Origin: Octopus vulgaris
Taxonomy: Eukaryota
Direction: 5' to 3'
NCBI GenBank assembly: GCA_951406725.2
Contig: OX597842.1
Coordinates: 1,736,001 to 1,800,000, forward strand
DNA: 64,000 nt
Position 1 is the stretch's first letter. Each line of letters starts with the position of its first letter. Position numbers and translations under genes: made by a program. Positions 59,197 through 64,000 of this stretch are shown one piece after another. The notes under the pieces are model-generated. The model did not search any database. It was given only the letters and a program-made list of their open reading frames with translations, and was not told the origin of the DNA.

Positions 59197-59236
59197 TAAA
59201 CTAGTACTTTCATGCATTGTGCAATCATCAGGTTTA
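59197..59236 (-). ncRNA. Minimal type I hammerhead (left arm of an inverted pair)
   Basis: taaac-CTGATGA-t-tgca-caa-tgca-t-GAAA-gtac-TA-gttta. Confidence 0.75.
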
Positions 59237-59291
59237 AGTAGTGACAGTTGTGTTCTGCTGTTGTCCATTTTGGAACATTACTGTCTCTACA

Positions 59292-59331
59292 TAAACCTGA
59301 TGACTGCGTTATGCATGAAAGTACAAGTTTA
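59292..59331 (+). ncRNA. Minimal hammerhead, mutated (right arm of the inverted pair)
   Basis: taaac-CTGATGA-ctgcgttatgcat-GAAA-gtac-AA-gttta. The conserved U16.1 is replaced by A. Confidence 0.6.
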
Positions 59332-59918
59332 TTTCAATACTAGGGGGATCTGTGAATATTTCACAGAATTAATGGTAAACGAATTGGGATATTCCTGAAG
59401 AGTTTATCTATAACACCTGAAAGCATAGCCTGTGTTGTGTCTGTAAGGAAAGACAGTCACTCATCTGCTACTCACTGAAAAGTGAAGAAAATTGGAATAT
59501 TATGATGATTACTTAATGCACTTTATATATACTTTTTATATACTTTATGCACAATTTTATAAACTTAATACACATCACTCATAGAATAAATATCCACTGT
59601 TATTTTTCCATTTTCTCAAAGAGAGAAAAAATTACATTTTAAAATTTACATGGTCACAATTTCATATCTAGAAAACAAAAATTTTAGAATAAAAAAAATA
59701 ATTCTATATGGAAAATATAGGGCTCCCTATTTCATGGGGGTAGAAGTTTAATGCAACATGACATACTCTGAAAAGTACATTGTTGGTAACTTATATGCCA
59801 AGGCGATGAGTCAGAGCCAATACACATTTCAATTTGTAGGTGATTTAAAAAACTTAATTGAATTATTAAAAAAATCATTTTTCACTCTTCTCTCACCATT
59901 GTCACCACGACCCCCCCT

Positions 59919-59952
<34 letters not shown>

Positions 59953-61002
59953 CTTTGCCTTTCTTCAATCTCACCATCAGAACATCACCCCTCTGCTAAA
60001 ATTATATTCCTTACTCTTCTCTATATGATTACCTTCAAATAAATCTTTTAACCATGGAATAAGTATCATGTTCTCCCTACCACATGTAATGGACACTTCT
60101 CTCTCCTTTCTCTCTCCCCCTTTTTTCTCTCTCTCTTTCTGCATCACTCTTTGCCTTATCCTCTTTTCTCTAATCATTTGAAAGCATTGCTGATGGACTA
60201 CATAACATAATGGCAAGCAGAATTATTTTAAGATTGTAAAACTGTAATAATTGCAAGTAATAAAATGTGGATGAAATGTTTAGTGGTATTTCACCCATCA
60301 CTACATTCTGAGTTCAAATTCTGCTGAGATCGACTTAACCTTTCATCCTTTCAGGGTCAATAAATTAAGTAACAATGAAACACTGGGGCTGACGTATTCG
60401 ACCAGTTCTCTCCTACCAAATTTCAGGTCTTGTGCCTTTAGTAGAAAGGATTATTATTATTATTGAGTGGGAGAGCAGTGCATGCCATCAAAGTGACACT
60501 GGGGTATAAATATACGAAGCCCAACATACCCATCATGACTACCCTTGTAATAAGGGTACATCAGGCACATGCATCACAACAACATGTGCACAACATGGTG
60601 ATCTCATATCAAGATAGACAGTGTATGATCTTGCAGGTGGGGCCCAGTTAGAATTTTCTTCAGGTCGAGTAACCCATCCTGCTCAAATGGTCCCTGAATA
60701 AGGATTATTTAAGAATGTTGAACAAACCACCCATGTTTTCCAAGGTGAATTATCAAATTTCTAAGAATCCCTCTCAACACATGGCTCTGATGCTCCCCCA
60801 CTACTTCTGCTCATGATCAGAGATACACATATCGTCAGCCACTAAGGGACATGCTCAACTGGTTAAAGTCAAACAACTGACAAGCAAATCTGTGGTATTG
60901 AGCAGAATATTTGCTGTAGCCCATCTTTTATACCAAGACAATTATTATTATCATCATTATCATCATCATCATCATCATCAGTGCCTGGTACTGCATCAGA
61001 GC

Positions 61003-61033
<31 letters not shown>

Positions 61034-61037
61034 GTTA

Positions 61038-61087
<50 letters not shown>

Positions 61088-61320
61088 GTTATTGTCATTG
61101 TTGTTGAAGAAACAATAAAAAGAGTGCCACTGTTATCGAATGAACAATATTTTGCCATTTTGTGTTTCTTTCACAATTTCAAGATAAACATCTCAATCTT
61201 CATTTTGGTAATATTTTAGGAATGATTTTTACTCCTCCAGAAAGTAAAGAAACAATAAGAGTGCGACTGTTATTGAATGAACAATATTTCAACCCATTAT
61301 TATGATCATCATTATTATTA

Positions 61321-62008
61321 TTTATTTTTTTTTTTTCTTCTTTCAAATTTGCTTCCATTTTTTGCCGAGTGTCTTCCCGACTCCTAGGGCAAAGAAACTC
61401 ATAGTATACATTGGTAGGCCATTAAACCAAACTCAATAGTTCGTTCACTTTTTTTTTTTTTTTAAGTTAAATTAAAATACATGAGCAGCAACAGTTCTCA
61501 CATCGACAATGCTCTTCTCAATACGTGTGATGTACCAGTTAAGACAATCTTTTGCACTTCTTGCAGGGATGGTAAGCCAGGGATCATTCTCATATAATTT
61601 TCGGTTCCCTTCTTGATCATTCCTAGTGCTCCTACGATCACTGGTATTGTAACCGCCTTGAGATGCCACATTTTCTCAATTTCAATGAGTAGGTCTTTAT
61701 ATTTTCTGAGCTTGTCAAACTCTTTCGCTGAGATATTATGATCACAGGGGATGCTCATGTCGATCAATAAGCAAACTTTATTGTTTTGGTCTTTCACAAC
61801 AATATCTGGTTTATTTGCCTTGATGGTTCGGTCTGTATGTACTGGAAAGTCCCACAGAATGGTTACATTTTCTCCTTCAGTTACAGCCTCAGGGTGGTGA
61901 TTATACCACTTGTCGGCAGTTTTGATATTGTAATGCCGACTTATTAGCCAGTGTAGATATTGACCAACTCTGTCATGTCTTAATTTATACTCCACTGGTG
62001 CTAAGACC

Positions 62009-62010
<2 letters not shown>
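61321..62010 (-). mobile_element. 5'-truncated R4/Dong-type non-LTR retrotransposon (restriction-like endonuclease domain plus 3' UTR) inserted in (TAA)n
   Basis: Uninterrupted frame 62010-61498: YKLRHDRVGQYLHW...ILWDFPVHTDRTIKANKPDIVVKD...CLLIDMSIP...KEFDKLRKYKDL...IPVIVGALG, with RHD and PD-(D/E)xK motifs. A-rich 3' tail; TAA repeats on both sides. Confidence 0.9.
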
Positions 62011-62065
<55 letters not shown>

Positions 62066-62075
62066 GTTATTATTA

Positions 62076-62115
<40 letters not shown>

Positions 62116-62168
62116 GATGTCTGCTCCTCTCACGACTTACTCTTTTCTTTCTCTCTGTCTACCTTTAG

Positions 62169-62324
62169 CTCATCAACAGCAAACTGAAATTTTATCACAA
62201 AGCGGAAGCGCCATCCATACCATTCCCTGGGTTGGCCTATGGTTACGAAGAAACAGAAGACGGTGCATTGAAGAAGCAGGAACCTCCAAAGAGAGACACA
62301 ACTCTGGGACCAGCTTTCTATAAC
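62169..62324 (+). CDS. STPG2: Next coding exon of the STPG2-like gene
   Basis: Long polypyrimidine tract then acctttAG|CTC; donor AAC|GTaatc is the only nearby GT. 156 bp, phase 0/0: LINSKLKFYHKAEAPSIPFPGLAYGYEETEDGALKKQEPPKRDTTLGPAFYN. Matches the PSIP-x4-YGY-x4-DG...PP-x2-D-x-TLGPA(F/Y)Y block I recall from STPG2 orthologues. Confidence 0.88.
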
Positions 62325-62756
62325 GTAATCTTCTTTATCTTTTCTTCATTTTTTATTCTTTTTTTTTATTTTCTTTCTTTTTACTTATTTCACTCATTTG
62401 ACTGCGTCCAAGCTGGGGCACTGTCTTGAAGAATGTTTTCATTGAATGAATTGATACCTGTACTTTTTTAGTTTTCTTTTTTTTTTTTTGCAGGCTGATT
62501 CTTATTCTGTTGGTCTCTTTTGCCGAACTGCTAAGTTATGGGGACATGAACAAACCCACATGTGTCAGGTGGTGGTGATGGATAACCCCAAACACTCTCA
62601 CAGATAAATTCATAGAGAAATGATAGAAAACAAAATGAATGACATTCTTCATTCTAAATGTCTACGTCTGTTTTGACACATTTTTACACCTGTAGTACAT
62701 GGGTGAGATATCATCATTATCATCCATCCAAGGTCAAAAACACACCCTTCAGTTGA

Positions 62757-62792
<36 letters not shown>

Positions 62793-63007
62793 TTATATAT
62801 AAGGGAGAATTCACGAAAAAATCACAAGACGAAAACAGGTGGTGTAGACAACAAACAGATGTATTAGTATACTGCTCGGGAATTGAAAAAGTCTTTTATG
62901 TTTCGAGCCTATGCTCTTCCACAGAAAGGAACACAGAAGGAAACAAGGAGAGAAAAATAATGTGTGTAGTGGCTGTATATGTGTATATATATATGTGTGT
63001 GTATATA

Positions 63008-63050
<43 letters not shown>

Positions 63051-64000
63051 GATGCACATATATATATATATATATAGTGGTTAGAGCAGCGAACTCACAG
63101 TCGAGGGATCACGGATTTGAATCTCAGACGGGGCGATGTGTGTGTTTATGAGCAAAATACCTAATCTCCACGCAGCTCCGGCAGAAGGTTATGGCGAACT
63201 TCTGCTGACTCTTTCGCCACAACTTTCTCTCATTCTCTTTCCTCCTGCATCTTGCAGCTCACCTGCGACGGACCGGTGTCCCGTCCAGGTGGGGAACCTA
63301 TACACCAAGGAAACCCTTATGAGCCAGGCGTGGCTCAAGAAGGAACAAACATGTATATATGCATATACATATATGTGTATATTGATATATATATACTGTT
63401 GTGTTTGGGGAGAGTCATTCTCTTTTAGTACCTTATTATTTAACGTACTCACCGGTAAAACTTCCACTTATTTCCTATTTTTTTTCTTGTCCTAAAATTT
63501 TCGTTGCATCTTGCAACCTTTTCAATAGTCTTGACTCTGTCTATTATTTATATTGCGTTCCTTTCTGTTTGTTTGTGCGCATGTGTGTGGGTCAGTGTGT
63601 GCCTATGCGTGCATGCATGCATGTACATATGTATGTGTGTGTGTATGTATGTATGTATGTATGTATGTATGTATGTATGTATGTGTGAATGCATATTCAT
63701 GTGCTTGCATGTCTGTGTTGGTGAATTTTCTATGTATGTGTGTGTGTGAGCGTGTGTTTGTATATGTATACACCTCTGTCTCCATGTGTGTGCATGTCTG
63801 TGTGTTTGTGTGTGTGTCTTGCAACTATATACCATGTTTGTATGTATGGATGTGCATCTCTATATGTGTTGGTCCGTGTCTCTATATATGTTCTTGTGTG
63901 GAGTAAAGTGTGTGCGTATATGTTCATTTGTTTTAGTCTCCATTTGTGCATGTGTGCTTGTCTGTTCTTGTAACCTGTGTACCTATCCATCTGTCTGTTG

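Noticed and set aside
59392-59452. CTGAAGA...GAAA near the 59.2-kb hammerhead pair
   Set aside because: Stem II and the cleavage triplet do not fit; at best a heavily decayed motif.

Overview
Repeat-dominated, AT-rich eukaryotic DNA, most likely from an octopus (coleoid cephalopod), judged from its SINE families and very high microsatellite density. One 100-N assembly gap. The only host gene I can support is a + strand sperm-tail PG-rich repeat (SHIPPO-repeat) gene, STPG2-like. It shows two in-phase coding exons (34416-34562, 62169-62324) separated by a 27.6-kb intron, so most of the window is probably intron. The rest is tRNA-derived SINEs, Helitrons, piggyBac-type MITEs, two mariner remnants, RTE and L1/Tx1 fragments, a (TAA)n-inserted Dong/R4-type retrotransposon 3' end, and a decayed Naiad-type Penelope-like element (PLE) inserted in (TA)n. 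The most notable unannotated signal is a set of roughly a dozen minimal type I hammerhead ribozyme motifs in several unrelated short elements, mostly in or beside (TA)n tracts. It includes a fully canonical copy, a G3:C8 core covariant, and three divergent inverted pairs. Nearly all long ORFs in the track are microsatellite or SINE artefacts. All folds and family calls were made by eye and have not been computed.
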